Shown piece by piece: positions 22,930 to 36,077 of a stretch of DNA of 58,018 bases (its first letter is position 1; every line of letters starts with the position of its first letter). The notes beneath the pieces were generated by a model. It ran no database searches, had not been told where the DNA came from, and saw nothing but the letters and a program-made list of their open reading frames with translations. The DNA lies in assembly GCA_009602725.1 (NCBI GenBank), contig WELB01000030.1, forward strand, positions 405,364-463,381, written 5' to 3'. Position numbers and translations under genes: made by a program. The DNA comes from Spirogloea muscicola. Lineage: Eukaryota.

Positions 22930-25900
22930 TCAATCGTGACTGCTACATGCGTCCAGAGGCGACGTAGGAGGTGGCGGCAGCGCTGGTGGCACATCCCAAC
23001 AACGAGCGGGTGCAGGGTCGGCCGCAGGCGCTGGTGATACCACCAGTTCCGGTGGTGCACTGCCAAGCAATGGCCAGGGTGCTGCAGCAGGCGACCCCCT
23101 GCAGAGGCTTCCTTCGCCTTCTAAGAGGGGCCGTGGCAAGTGCCAGAAGCCTAAGATAGTGGAGAAGGATAATAAGGGGAAGGGAAGGAAGGGGGATGGG
23201 GAGGGGAGGGAGGAGGGAGAGATGAGGGCGGCAGTGATGAGGGAGGGCACAGGGTGGCAGGAGCGAGGGAGGGCACGTTGGGAGGAACTGTGCAGGCTGT
23301 GCCACGCGACCGCTGCGAAGCAGCCGGCAACCACGGCGAGGGCCATCCAGGCAAGCGTTGCGTGGAGGAATGCATGGCGCCGCCACCACGGCCACCTGCT
23401 TCTGACAGTTCCGCCGCCTGTGCAAGCTGCATCAAGAGCGCCGCCACCGGAGAAGAGTGTGCGGTCGGAGCAGTCAAGGCGCGCGCCGCAGCCTGCATTG
23501 TAGCTCGCACACGCCGAGTGGCACACGCGCAGGCGATTGTCGCCGTCCTGGTCGCACTGCTGAATAGAGATCTGCAAGGGCCAAGAACATTGCCACAGGT
23601 TGGAAGCCACATCAAGCAGGGGGTAACAATCCTCAGATACATTGCCAAATTGAAGAGACAAATTTGAAGAAGCAAAGCTTGGCTGTTATCGAGAGATCTC
23701 CAGATCAATCAAGGTCGAGGTAATGCATGTGGTACCCAGCACGCGAGGCGCTTGGCGGCTGAGGCGCAGTGGCCGTCGTCCAAAAACCCGAGGAGCGAGC
23801 GCCCGCCCGGAAGGAGGCGGTTGTAGTTGGGCAGCACCACTGCAGCCTCAAGCTGCTGCAGGATGGACGACTCCGATGGTGCACAGTGCTGTGTCGCGAA
23901 CCCTGGCAACACCGAGCCAGTAGCGAGCACGTCGCTGCAGAGTGCGAGGCTGGCCACCAGCCCACTCGTGTTCTGGCAAGTGTAGCCCGCATAGTCGGAG
24001 CACCGAAACTCGCACACGCCATTGTCGCACACGCCGCCGTGCAGGCTGCACTGCTCGTCGCACCCAGCTGGACAGACCATGGTGTCGGAGCAAGCAGGAA
24101 GAAGAGCTTAAAAACCAAGTCCAGAATGTGCATGACAAGGTTCTTGAGTATGATGACAGCATATTAATCAAGATGCGTACCAGTACCACTGAGTTGGCCA
24201 CATAAAGAGCAAAGTGCATCATGAGCAGTAGCAACTGCATAGCGAACTGGCGAAGACCACTGTCAGTGTTGAAGGGCACTCACCGGTGGAGCAATCAATG
24301 CCAGTGTATCCAGGGTAGCACTCGCACAGGCCCCCAGCACTGCACCGCCCTCGGTTGCTGCAATTTCCTGGGCAGACCCCTGCGCAGCCCGCCCAATGCA
24401 AGGGCCACGGCGTCAGTACTACTGCTGCTTCCTGGACTGCTAACAGCTCATGATAGTCATGCATCGGCGCAGAACCATGATCGACCCCAAAGCTTTGAGC
24501 CCTTATCACTTGCAACCCTAAGCTTCATACTGGAGCAATCACATCCCTGGCTTACGTTCGCTGCAATTGTCGCCAGCGAACCCGATGAAGCAGCAACAGG
24601 CGCCATCAATGCAGTGGCCGTTGCGGCTGCAGCCGCCAGCACACTGGCCAGGAAGCACTGGGCTCCCGTCCGCGCACAGCTCGTAATATGGAGGGCAAAC
24701 GAGCTCGCCTGCCACATTTAGGAAGGCCAGTATTTGCTTTTCTTCTAGATCTAACCCTGGACTTCAAAGGCGCACCAACAGCAGAGGAAAGTAGTGGGCC
24801 CGTTTGTACCATGCAGTCGGCAAGCCGCTCCTGCAGAAGTGGCGCGCAGGTGTTGGGCCAACGAGACAAATCTTGTGCGACTCACGTAGCAGGTTGGCCA
24901 CCCAAGTCATGGGGAGCACACAACTCTTACCATGAAAGCCAGAGAACGTGACAGGGCCGCCGCCTGCTGGGCACTTCCTCCACCGACCATCCACTGCCAC
25001 CTGCTTGAGGCTCAGCAGGAGAAGAGGCGCCTGCTTACAATCGATGCAGACTGCACAAGTCCTCTCACCCCTCTTTGCCGACGTTGAGGCCGCTGAGGCT
25101 GCTCCGCGGCACTTAACTTGGACATCAGCAAGCGGCAGCGTGTGCAAAGGTAAGGCGACCATGCTGGTCATAGACAGCGGCAGCGGGGGGGGAGCTGTCG
25201 GTAGCACCTCAAGTGTGTGATTACGGCAGCGATGCTGGTAGCAGCCATTGCCCTGGCCTAGCATTCCTCGTACAAATCCTGTGCGCACGAGCGACGATGA
25301 CATACACCTGGCCAATGCAGTGGGGCTACTCAATAGTCTTGTTTGTTGTTACAACATACAGAATGAGAAATAGGGAGTACCAATGCATCAGGGAGGCATC
25401 ATATTTAACCACCTCAGAGGCACCCGACAGCAATAACAGCAGACTAAAATGATTGCGGAAAGGGCTTGATGTTGGTCATTGGGGTGGTTGGCACGGTGCA
25501 CAAGGCCAGGCTATGCAAGGAGTGGCTGCAAGAGACCTGGAGTCTGGGCCGCGCATCTCGCCGAGCATACGGTCAGGGGCACGTGCGCTAGAGGCGTCGA
25601 TGCACGACCCGTCCGAGTATGCGACGAAAAATGCGCAGTAGTCTGCGAGCGACGACTGTCCCCCTGCATGCCAACATGGAGGATGAGTGGAGGGGAGGGT
25701 GTGGGTGTAGGGACGACATTAGACAGGTAACTGAGGGTACCACATTGGAAGTTGCCAAATAAGATGCCCCAGAATCTGTCATCCCTGATCTCTCATTGGG
25801 ACTGCCAAAAATGTTCAGAACTTGAAGCCCTTCCATGTGCTAGTGAGACCCCAGCTCTGCTTTAGCCAACCTGCACTTTCATGCTCTATTTCCAAACCAT

Positions 25901-28900
25901 GACTTCTAAGCAGTCGCCTGTGCCAAGAGCTTGCTGCAGGCGCTGCAGCACACAGCGGCGGTGGCCATGGTGGCAGCTGCAGCGCATGTGGCCTGCTCCC
26001 TCACCCCTGTTGGGCTCGCCGAAGTAGCGTGCCCAGTCAGGGAGATCACCGCTGTACTGCACGATAGGGCAGTAGCCCTCCGCCTCCCTGTGCGCCGCGG
26101 GAGCGCATGCAAGCTCACCAAAGGCAGCAGCAGCATTTGCAAGCGCAGTAGGTCGGGCGCAAGCAGGCTGCGCACGGAGGAGTGGGCGGGCGAGCTGACC
26201 GGTTGTAGGTGCAGCCGGAGGCATGTGTGGAGTTGCAGCGGTAGGCGCCGGTCCAGGCGTCGCAGCGACGCTGCGCAAAGTCTGGGCCTTGGCCGCGGCC
26301 CCAGCCCAGCAGTTCTGCGCGTGTGTAGTCGGCAACGTACCAGCCCGAGTCCTCGAGCAGCGCCAGCGTCATGGCTGACACGACTGAGCGCGTGTCCACG
26401 CTGCCTGTCATGATCTCGTTCATCAGCAGCCTCTTTTCCCAGTGCGAGCCTGTGCGCATAAGTGGGCAAGGGAAGGCGCAGAGACAGGTGAAGGAGATGT
26501 TCACAGAGAGGGGAATGAGAGCGGGAGATGATGCGAGGAAAACCCACGAGGTCAGATGGAAGGAGGGGGGTGAATGATCAGGTTTGACAGGAAGTGGGGG
26601 GTAGAGAGAGTGGACAGGAGGAGAGGGGAAAGGGAAGAGAGGGGAACCAAGGAGGGAGGGGCCGGGGCATGGAAAGCGATGCAGACTGGAGGAGGAGGGA
26701 GGAGTCCACTGATTGGCTGCCCCCACTGACAGACTGACTGCGAGGTGGCGGCGGCTGCGACAGCGCCAACGTGTGTACGCATGGATCAATGAAGCTGGCG
26801 AGAGGTGCCAGCGAGTGCTGCCCGGCCAGCCCGCCTCACCAGCAGTGCCACGGCCCCCACCATCCTCGAGCTCGAGGCCGGCAAACGACGAGGTGAAGGC
26901 GCCATAGTGCTGCCGGGCTGTGGCGACAACCCGCGGGAGGACGACGCGCGTCACCGGCCGGCCCAGCTCCTCATCGAAGCTCTGCACCACCACCTGCACA
27001 AGCGGGAGCCCGATTCCGCCAATGCCAGCGGCCACCGTGTGAAGCTTTGCTCGGAGAGGAAGGCAGGAGCTGAAGCAGTCGCTGAGGTCAAGATAGGATG
27101 GAGAGACCAAAGCACGGGCGCACCTCGGTGCGGCGGCGCTTGCGCTCGTCGCGGAAGTGCGCAAACGCGTGGGGGTCGAAGCCGAGCACGTGCATGACCT
27201 GCCAGTCGCGGCCAGCAAGGAGCCGATGCAGAGAAAATCAGTGGCTGCCCCCATTGGGGATGGCGGCTGCAGCAGCAACAGGAGACGGCGTACTGTAGCC
27301 GCTGCCCTCACCTCATGGATGAGCGTCGCCGAGAGCAGTGTCTCGGCCTCGGCGGTGAGGTGGCGCGGCGCAACATTCACGTGGCCTGCGCAGGTAAGGC
27401 GCATGACATAGGTCCAGAGCTTGAGGAGATGGGCTCAGACAAGAAGCTGGAGTCAGCTGGCCGCGGCGGCAGGGGGGAGGACGAGCTGCCAGCAGCGCGA
27501 GGGCGGCGCGCACCGGCAATGGCACGGCCCCACTGGTCGCGCTCACAGGCGACGGCCCACGCGAGCGTGTTGCCGGTCGTCGGCCTCGTCGTCACCAGCA
27601 GCACCAGGTCGGCGTCGCGCACGCCCTCTGCGCAGCCGGCTCCGTGGGCGACAGCGCCAGTGGTAAGCTCGCGAAGGCCAGGGGAGTCAGCGGCCGGCAT
27701 GGGACGCTGGCAGCCGGCGCTCCTTACCGTCGATGTAACGGCGGGGGAGCTGGACGCCGCCGTCCTGGCCGCACGCCGAGTACCCAGAGAGCCGCAGGGG
27801 GCCGCGCACCGGCTCCACCATGAGCGCGCTCCGGAACCACGCCGCCGTCTCCGCCAGCGCCTGCAGCAGCGGCAGCCGCCACTCGTTGGCGCCTCACAGG
27901 CCGCCAGAGCAAGCGTTGCTTGGGCAGCACCAGGCTGCCTGCCACATCGACGCCATGGGTGGCCGACCAATGGGCCGCTGCTCAACTGACCGCCAGACGG
28001 ACAGTCATTGCCGTCGCCACGCCGCTGCCTACCTCATGCAGGCGGTGTTGCTTGCCGGCATCGGCGACGTCCTCGGCGGTGCAGTTGTACCAGCAGTCGC
28101 CGAGCACCGGCGGCTCCGAAGTCGCGCTGCAGACCGGTAGCCCGATCGCTGCAAGGGAGGAGCTCGACAGCGGCAGTGGTGGCTCCCCTAGCTGCATTGT
28201 CACAGTGATGGAGAGGGGTTGGAGAGGGGGGTGAGGAGGGAGGGAGGGTGAGCCAAGTAGGTGCAGAGCAGGGCCGGAGGAAGGAGGAGAAAGGCCCCGT
28301 TGTGGCGGCAGTCAGGCGCGCACCTTGACGACGTTGTTGACCGCCCGGCAGTCGCGGTCGGGCGAGAGGCCGATGGCATCGTAGTTGAGGAAGATGCGGA
28401 TAGGCTTGTGCCGGGCCTCCGCCGCGGCCGCCGGCTCGGGCGCCGGCTCCGCCAGCAGCTCCCTGCCGGCGACCCTGACCTCGGCCGCACCGCTTGCCCA
28501 CTCCCGCACCACCTCCTCGTACACCTGCGGCTCGCAGCCACGGGTCTGTGAGCATCTCACGTTGTCCAATATTTTCCCTCCTCCCTCCACTTCCTAGGCG
28601 CCTCATCGTCATTCCAGTTGGAAATCGGTCCTCGCCCTACCCAGTAGACGCAGAATCGATGGAGAGAGGGAGGGCAAAAGAGGGCGGTGCAGGACAATGA
28701 GAGCGAGGGAAGAGGAGGGAGGAGGTACGAGCAAGTGGAGGGCCAGGGCACGAGCAAAGGGTGAGAGAAAGGGAGGAGAGCGGGGATTCGAGAGAGAGAG
28801 AAACGGAGCAAGGGATGCAGATGGCAAACTGAGGGAGAGTACCTGTGGGGAGACGCTGTACTCGGGACGGCCCGAGCGGCGGCGCTGCGCCAGGATCTCG

Positions 28901-29094
28901 TCATGGATGCACGAGTGGCCGAGGGGCACGGGCGTCTCCGTGCCGCCACCACCGGCAGCACCTGCCGACGCAGCAGCGCGGGGGTGCTGGTGTGGCTGGG
29001 GCTGTGGCTGTGGTGGCAAAGGGGCCAAGGTGGCGGCAGTGGCAACCCAATGGCGGCCTGCGGGCAGGCCCACCAGAGAAATCGCCAGCAGGCA
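22930..29094 (-). CDS. Leishmanolysin-like (peptidase M8) zinc metalloprotease with EGF-like repeats; 5' exon probably in the gap at 29451
   Basis: HSCIHDEI; PIRIFLNYDAIG; DADLVLLVTTRPTTGNTLAWAVACERDQWGRAIAGHVNVAPRHL; ATLIHE|VMHVLGF (HEXXH); LELEDGGGRGTAG|SHWEKRLLMNEIMTG; MTLALLEDSGWY; Cys-rich EGF repeats; hydrophobic C-terminal segment. Confidence 0.93.
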
Positions 29095-31984
29095 CTGCAC
29101 AGGGTTGAATTGGAGGGAGGGGGGAGGAGGGAAGGAGCTCAGGCGGGGGGACCCTGCAGAGGAGCTCGTAGATTTAAGCCCTCCTAAGCCCACAGCTGCT
29201 GATGGGTGTACGGCTTACTATCCTTGGCAGAGCAATGGGCTTTGGACCTAATGAGTGGCCGGAAGCCAGCTCCACCCTTTGCTGCTGCTGCTGCATGGGG
29301 TGGTCATTGTGGACTCTACAGCGGGAGTGATGGACCCAGAATTGGCAGCTGGAGGTGGGGAGCAGGCACTCTGGTCGAAGACAACGTCAAAAGTGCCTAG
29401 AGAGAGGTACAGCGGGAGATTTGGATTCTTTCAGGCAGCCGGGGGGGGTTNNNNNNNNNNNNNNNNNNNNNNNNNNNNNNNNNNNNNNNNNNNNNNNNNN
29501 NNNNNNNNNNNNNNNNNNNNNNNNNNNNNNNNNNNNNNNNNNNNNNNNNNNNNNNNNNNNNNNNNNNNNNNNNNNNNNNNNNNNNNNNNNNNNNNNNNNN
29601 NNNNNNNNNNNNNNNNNNNNNNNNNNNNNNNNNNNNNNNNNNNNNNNNNNNNNNNNNNNNNNNNNNNNNNNNNNNNNNNNNNNNNNNNNNNNNNNNNNNN
29701 NNNNNNNNNNNNNNNNNNNNNNNNNNNNNNNNNNNNNNNNNNNNNNNNNNNNNNNNNNNNNNNNNNNNNNNNNNNNNNNNNNNNNNNNNNNNNNNNNNNN
29801 NNNNNNNNNNNNNNNNNNNNNNNNNNNNNNNNNNNNNNNNNNNNNNNNNNNNNNNNNNNNNNNNNNNNNNNNNNNNNNNNNNNNNNNNNNNNNNNNNNNN
29901 NNNNNNNNNNNNNNNNNNNNNNNNNNNNNNNNNNNNNNNNNNNNNNNNNNNNNNNNNNNNNNNNNNNNNNNNNNNNNNNNNNNNNNNNNNNNNNNNNAGC
30001 CATGCCGCACCGCCGCCATGGCCGCGGCGCGTCAGCCCGGCGCGCGCCGCCCCGGCCGCGCGGCGGTCGCCATCCTCGCGGTCGTGAATGGGAAGGCGGA
30101 CTGGGGCCTCCGGAGTCCAGGGTCCCAGGGGGACAGATTTAGGGTTGGAGGTTAGGGCGTAGTTGCCGCCCCCCCCCGAGCCGCGGCGGTGGCTGCGGCG
30201 GCGGCCGCGGCGGCGGCGGTGGCGGCGGAGATTGGCGACGAGACTCCCGGGCGACGACGCAGCTCGACGCCGCGGCTGCGGCGGCGGCTCGCGCGCCGAG
30301 CCGCGGCAGCCGCCGCGGCAGCCCATGCCAGCTCGCTCGCTGCGCCGCTCTCCGTCACTGCCACCGGCTGTGACGCGACGGCAACCAAGCTGCAACCGGG
30401 AGACGACGCCAGAGGCGTCGTTGCTGCCTCTAGCCGCGGACTCCATAGCTCCGCAGCCTCGGCAGCTGCAGCCTCGGCAGCTTTGAGGCTTGGCCCTGAA
30501 CGCCAAGCCTGCGCGCCCTTTAGAGCCCTGTAGCGCCGATCGTCTCTGACACGAGGAGGAGGTGCTTAAGCCGCCTAGCCTTAATGTTGGCAGCGATGTG
30601 CATGAGTACGTGCTCCACGATCTTGTGCCAAGCTGGGGCCTCGGCTGCCCAGCAGATGCCCCTTCTTTGCCGATGGCGGCCGTCAAGCAGTACCATGGGT
30701 CAACAGATAAGCTCATTGACACGAAGAAGACTTGCGTCACAGAGAGAATGGCGATGACGCGCACGTCCAACTTCCTAGTGTGCTCCATCGCAGACTGCTT
30801 CTTGGAGACAAGTGCCACCACGCCTGTGACCCTTTGAGGGCATCAACGGCTCCGAAATCGTGGCAGCAGACGGGGTCATCACGTGCAAACATTGGTGGAA
30901 GAATCGCACGACCAGGGCCTGATCCGGCACTGAGCGAGCATCTGAATGGCCATGCCGCTTAACAAAGCCCTTGCCTACCAGGCCGTACACACAGGGCTCG
31001 CAGTCTGCTTAGCCGGAGCTCAGCGAGCAACCCCGAGCCTGCCTCAACTCGAGAAATCTCGTCTGAGTTGATTGGTGAACCCTCAACACATGGGGCAGAT
31101 CGCAGTAGTGCCATCAAGCGGAAGAGAGCTGCTGAGTGCACCTGCCAGCAATGTCTATGCCGCCAGCAGGCTTGCGCGAGGATAGAAAGCGGCCCTGTTG
31201 ATTAAGATGAGGTTTCTATGCGCACATGGGGCCACTTCAGTAGGGGCGGGATCGATAGCCTCGATCACCACCCCTGTCTGGCCCGCCGCCGCCGCCGCCG
31301 CCGCCGTAGCCGCCGGCACCTCCGCCGTTGCTGCCGGGTCGCCGCCACCCGTGCACCCGCCAAGGCCTCGCTGCTTGGCCCAGGCAGCGAGGCGCTGGCG
31401 GCGCTGTCGGCGGCGGTGGCGGAGGCGGCGGAGGGGGCTGCGGCGATCGCCGCCGTGGCTGTGCGGAGCCACCGGGAGTGGTAGCCGTCGAGCGCCGCCG
31501 TCTCGGGGAGTCGAGAGAGCGGCCGCAGCCCGACGTCCGCGACGGCGGCGCCGAGCAAGGCAGCCACGCCCGTTGCCAGCGGCCTGCCCGCCGGCGCGAG
31601 GCCCATGGAGGCTCGCCACGAGCGGCGCCTCGGCGCGATCGGCCGGCACATGTCGGGCGCGTCGCCGCGGGAGGTCAGCGCCGCACCGTTTCCGCGCTGC
31701 GCCAGCGGACGCGGCCTCCCGGAGGCCCACCTTGACGTCTGGGCTGACGTTGATGGCGGCCTAGTCCTAGCCTAGGCGTTGTCTCCAGCTGGGTTTGGGG
31801 TTTATGGTCGCGAAGCCTTATCATGAGGCTGCCGTGAGCCCTTACTCAGCTTCGGGCTCGCGACAACGTGCTCTATCATCCGCTCACAGACCCAGTCCAG
31901 ACCTCAAGTTGCAGTGCTTGTCCTTGACTTTATCGCAAGCCGTCCTCTTTGGATTCTGAGCCCCTGGGCTGGCGGCCGCCGCAG

Positions 31985-34900
31985 GAGCTGCTGGCGCGCG
32001 CGGAGGCGGCGGGCGTGCGCGTCCACCCGGCAGTGCGTGCAGCGCTGGCGGCGCACCGGCCGGTCGTGGCCTTGGAGTCCACCATCATCTGCCACGGTGC
32101 ATGCAATGCGCCCTCACTTCTAACATCCTTAGCCCCTAACCCCTAACACCTAAACCCTTTCCCATCAAATCTCAGTCAATCCCCTTCTCTCCACCAGCTA
32201 GCCCCCTCCCCCCCTCCCCCAAAGGGCTCCTACCAGTTCTCTACCTGGTCGAGCAGCACTGGCAGCCGGCGTGACTGAGCCTCATTCTCGAGCGGGTCGC
32301 TGTCTCCTCTGTCCCCCTCTGCTTGGGCAGCTGCACCGCGTCCCTCTTGACGATCTTGCAGTGGAGGCACGAGCTTGCATTGATGAGCATTATACATGAC
32401 AGCAACTTGTGCTGCCCTTGACATAGCCTTTTCCAACACTTCGACTTACTGTGCTGCTCTGCCTGGGTGCCACCATGTCCTTCCTCCACCATCCCAGAGC
32501 GCAGACGTGTTGACCCTTTTGGCCCACATTACATGAATTACGGCCCTGAAGCTTAGTCCGAGTGAGATGCCAATGCACGCTCTTTAGGCTGCACTCGCTG
32601 AGCCTTGCAGCACAGTGTGCAGGCATGCCTTACCCGCAAAATTTGGAGACAGCTTTGGCGGTGGAGGAGACTGTGCGCCAGAATGGAGCGACACCCGCGA
32701 CCATCGCTATCCTAAACGGAACACTCCATATAGGTATCAAGCGGCTCTCCTTGACAAGGGTACTATATATTACAGAGCTCTGAAGAACTATGTGCTGCTC
32801 GCTCGCAGAGGCATCTGACAGCCCTTTATTGATTTGGTACATACTGCATTTGCTGCCTTCTCTCTGGCAAGCCAAGTGCTACTTGGTGCAAAGCTTGTCG
32901 ACAATCTTCTTTGCTGATATGGCTTCCTCCTCGATGGCCTCATGCGGAGGCCAGGGCTTGCACCACCTGACCTCCAGAGGCTGGCAGCCTTGGGCAAAGC
33001 CGCCAAGAAGGTCGCTAGACGAGACATTGCGCCCACGGTGCACTCCCATCATCCTAGACTGCCTGGTCTTGTTACCCACTTATGCCTTCCCTATCTTGAT
33101 CAAGTGTCAGAAATGAGGGTTCTACGTTGATGTCCATAGAAGCCAATATCTTGTTCTGGACCAAGTATCTGTTGACCTTGCGTTTGGAGTTGGCAGGTTG
33201 CCAAGCGAGAGAATGGGGCAACCACAGTGTCAGCTACCATGTTCTTTGCAGCCAAGGTACGTAGGACCAGCACTTATCATCATACCTTTTGCGGTACTAT
33301 CTCCTCATTCATGGCTGCTGAAGCATGGGCTTGCCCCAGATGCGTAGCTTGATGCAATGGAGGATAATCTGCAGCAGCACTAGTTTCATCGACATCTTGG
33401 AACGTCCTTAGAGCTGTTGTCGACTAGGTAGTTCACCTCAGGCAGCACCCATGTGTCGCCTTAGTGCTGCCTAGGGAGCAGCTATGAGCAGGAGGACCTT
33501 ATGTGTGTCAGGTCGGCATCCGCGTGTTCGTGACTGGTGGCATTGGCGGTGTGCATCGTATGGGCGAGTCAAGTAAGAGTTCAGACTTCCCTGCCGCGTC
33601 CAATGGCGCATATGTATAGCCAAGATGAACTCAAAGCTCTGAGCGACGTTTGTCCATGGTCTGCTCCTAAAAGGCCGAGGCAGCCAGAGTCACTTGATAC
33701 TTTGTGGGCACTGCTTTTGGGGCACCCACAAGGTCTCCAGGACATTTCCATTCAACCTTGGCATGCCCATGTGTTGGCAGCTATGGACATCTCCTCTGAC
33801 CTCACGGAGCTGGGAAGGACACCCGTCGCGGTCGTGTGCGCGGGCGCCAAGTCCGTTCTGGACATCCCCCGCACTCTTGAGTATCTTGTATAGTGATAAT
33901 AACCCTTGATTGCCTCTTTAGAGTTGCCTATGCTATCTAAGAGCAACTATGTGCTTCCTGAGTCAGAGAAGTTGAAAGGTTGCTGCATCATGTCTCCCTA
34001 ATGTACCATCTTAATAGCTGTCAAGAAGAGTTGTGCATGCTGCGGTGCTTGTGCCTGCTCACCCACAGTTTTCTGCTGCTGGGCAGGAAACTCAAGGTGT
34101 CACGGTTGTTGCCTATGGCGCAAATGAGTTTCCGGCCTTCTTCACTCGCAGCAGCGGTTGTCCGGTAACCATCTATCTACCTGTACACTATCGTTTTTGG
34201 CATTGCGTGCTATCTTGCTAGTCTGGCGGACTTATTTGTAAGCCATTACTACTGAAAGTTCCAGAAGGTGGTCAATCACTCTGCCAGTGCTTCTGGATAC
34301 CTGTCTTGTATGCTAATATGAGATGTCTAATGCTGCACCGCAGGCCCCATGTCGGGTCGATACGCCTGAGGAGTGTGCACAGTTGATAGGTCAGTTACAC
34401 TTCCACTGAGCACCACTTATTGTAACTCATACGTTGCTAAGGCTCAGATCCAGTAGCTTGTCCAGTGGCCATTCTTACCACTGGCTGTGCTGATTGAGTT
34501 GAGCTGATTGTCACATTAGCTTTTCGAATTAGCTGAAGCATCTGGACTTGCAAGGCGAAAGAAACACAAGTGTTGCTGCTTGTAAGGGTTCGTCTCTCCT
34601 CTTGCAGAGGCCAACGCAAGGCTTGACCTGCAAAGTGGGATGGTCATTGGAGCACCAGTGCCAGAGCAGCATACGCAGGCGGCTGCGCAAGTGCAGGATG
34701 CAATCCAAAGTGCTCTCAAGGAAGCCGAGTGAGTGCGTACCCACTAGTGACTTCTGCTGGCTTGCGCAGCCTGGACAAGCAGGTATGCTGTGAGATGGAT
34801 TGCGTTATAAGAATTGGTCCCGCGAGCCTCCACTTCCCGCCGGTGCTTAGCTTCTCTGTCTTGACCCTAACAGGACCCTGACTGGACCCTGTTGAGTTGG

Positions 34901-35215
34901 TCTTAATAGGCTTCTGCTTTGGTAGTAACAGCCATGCGTACTTGACTCGTACCAAACCTTGCATGGGGCTCGCAGGGGACACATTGCAGGTTCCGAAATG
35001 ACGCCTTTCCTACTCCAGCGGATCAATGAGATGACTGGAGGAGCTTCTCTGAAAATCAATATCCACCTTCTTGTAGTCACCACATTGCACTCGTCTGCGC
35101 TCTGCTTGTTGCAAGCTTGCAGTTTCTTGACTTTGGTACACATATCGCGCTCGTCATGAACAACGCTGCCATTGGCGCAAGGATCGCGGCTGCGCTTTCA
35201 GTACAGACGTGCTGA
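31985..35215 (+). CDS. PUMY: Pseudouridine-5'-phosphate glycosidase (PsuG/IndA family, plant PUMY), multi-exon; start codon not resolved
   Basis: [121 protein letters not shown]. Confidence 0.95.
35059..35141 (+). other. U12-type (AT-AC) intron, 83 nt
   Basis: 5' end ATATCCAC, branch-site-like TTTCTTGAC 10 nt upstream of a terminal CAC. Removal restores the conserved [16 protein letters not shown] frame. Confidence 0.85.
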
Positions 35216-36077
35216 GGAGATACAGGTCCGAGCTTATGCCCTGCACCTTGATGAATTCCTTGTCCTTCAAAATCTGCAATATGAAACAGTAGCCAGTTGG
35301 GCGGTGTGGCTTTCTGCTGGTAGCTTGGACTCTGGGCAGCAGCGCCGTGTCTTAGATATGTTGCTTGTTGATCAGGTATGCCAGGTCATAGGTCTTGTCT
35401 CCAGTTGCTGAGCATGCTGCCAACCTGCAATGGCAACTAGGCAGAGCGGCCATGGAAGGGAATAGCAACTGTGTTTCTGAAGTATCTTTTGTCACAGGTG
35501 TGCTTGGTCTTATGCACGTCATCCTCAACCACTCTGGTTGCACGCGCAATTGCTCTAATGCTGTGCATATGCAAGTGAGCTGCTGTGGCCTCTTGCTCCA
35601 AGAAGAGGGGGATAGATGCTTCCAATAGAGGGCGATGGCTGCGAGAGGCCAGCCCAGAAAAAGTAATGTACACAGAAGCCTTCAACACAACCTGTTGAGA
35701 ATGTCAGCCCTCAATTCCTAGACCTATGGTTGAGAATCAAATCCTAATTCTTAGTTCCTATAGTACATGTCTACATATGCCACTTGTTGCACACTATTTC
35801 AAATTTGGACAACTGTGGAATGGTGGTGCATGGGGCAGCGCTGTAGCATTGAAGCAGCGGGGTAGGTGGTGTATGCTACAACATGCCCGACTCGGCCTCC
35901 CATGCTCGCTTGCTCAATGGGCAAAGATATGGCGACCGGTAGCGGGACTGTAGTTGCTGCTTACGTGTGCTGGCTGCGGACATGTGATTGCTGCCGTGCG
36001 CTCCTATCAAAGGATCCTGCCAAGAGATGGGCACCATCTTGGCACGTGATGACGACTTCTAGTGCCTGTCACCGGCG

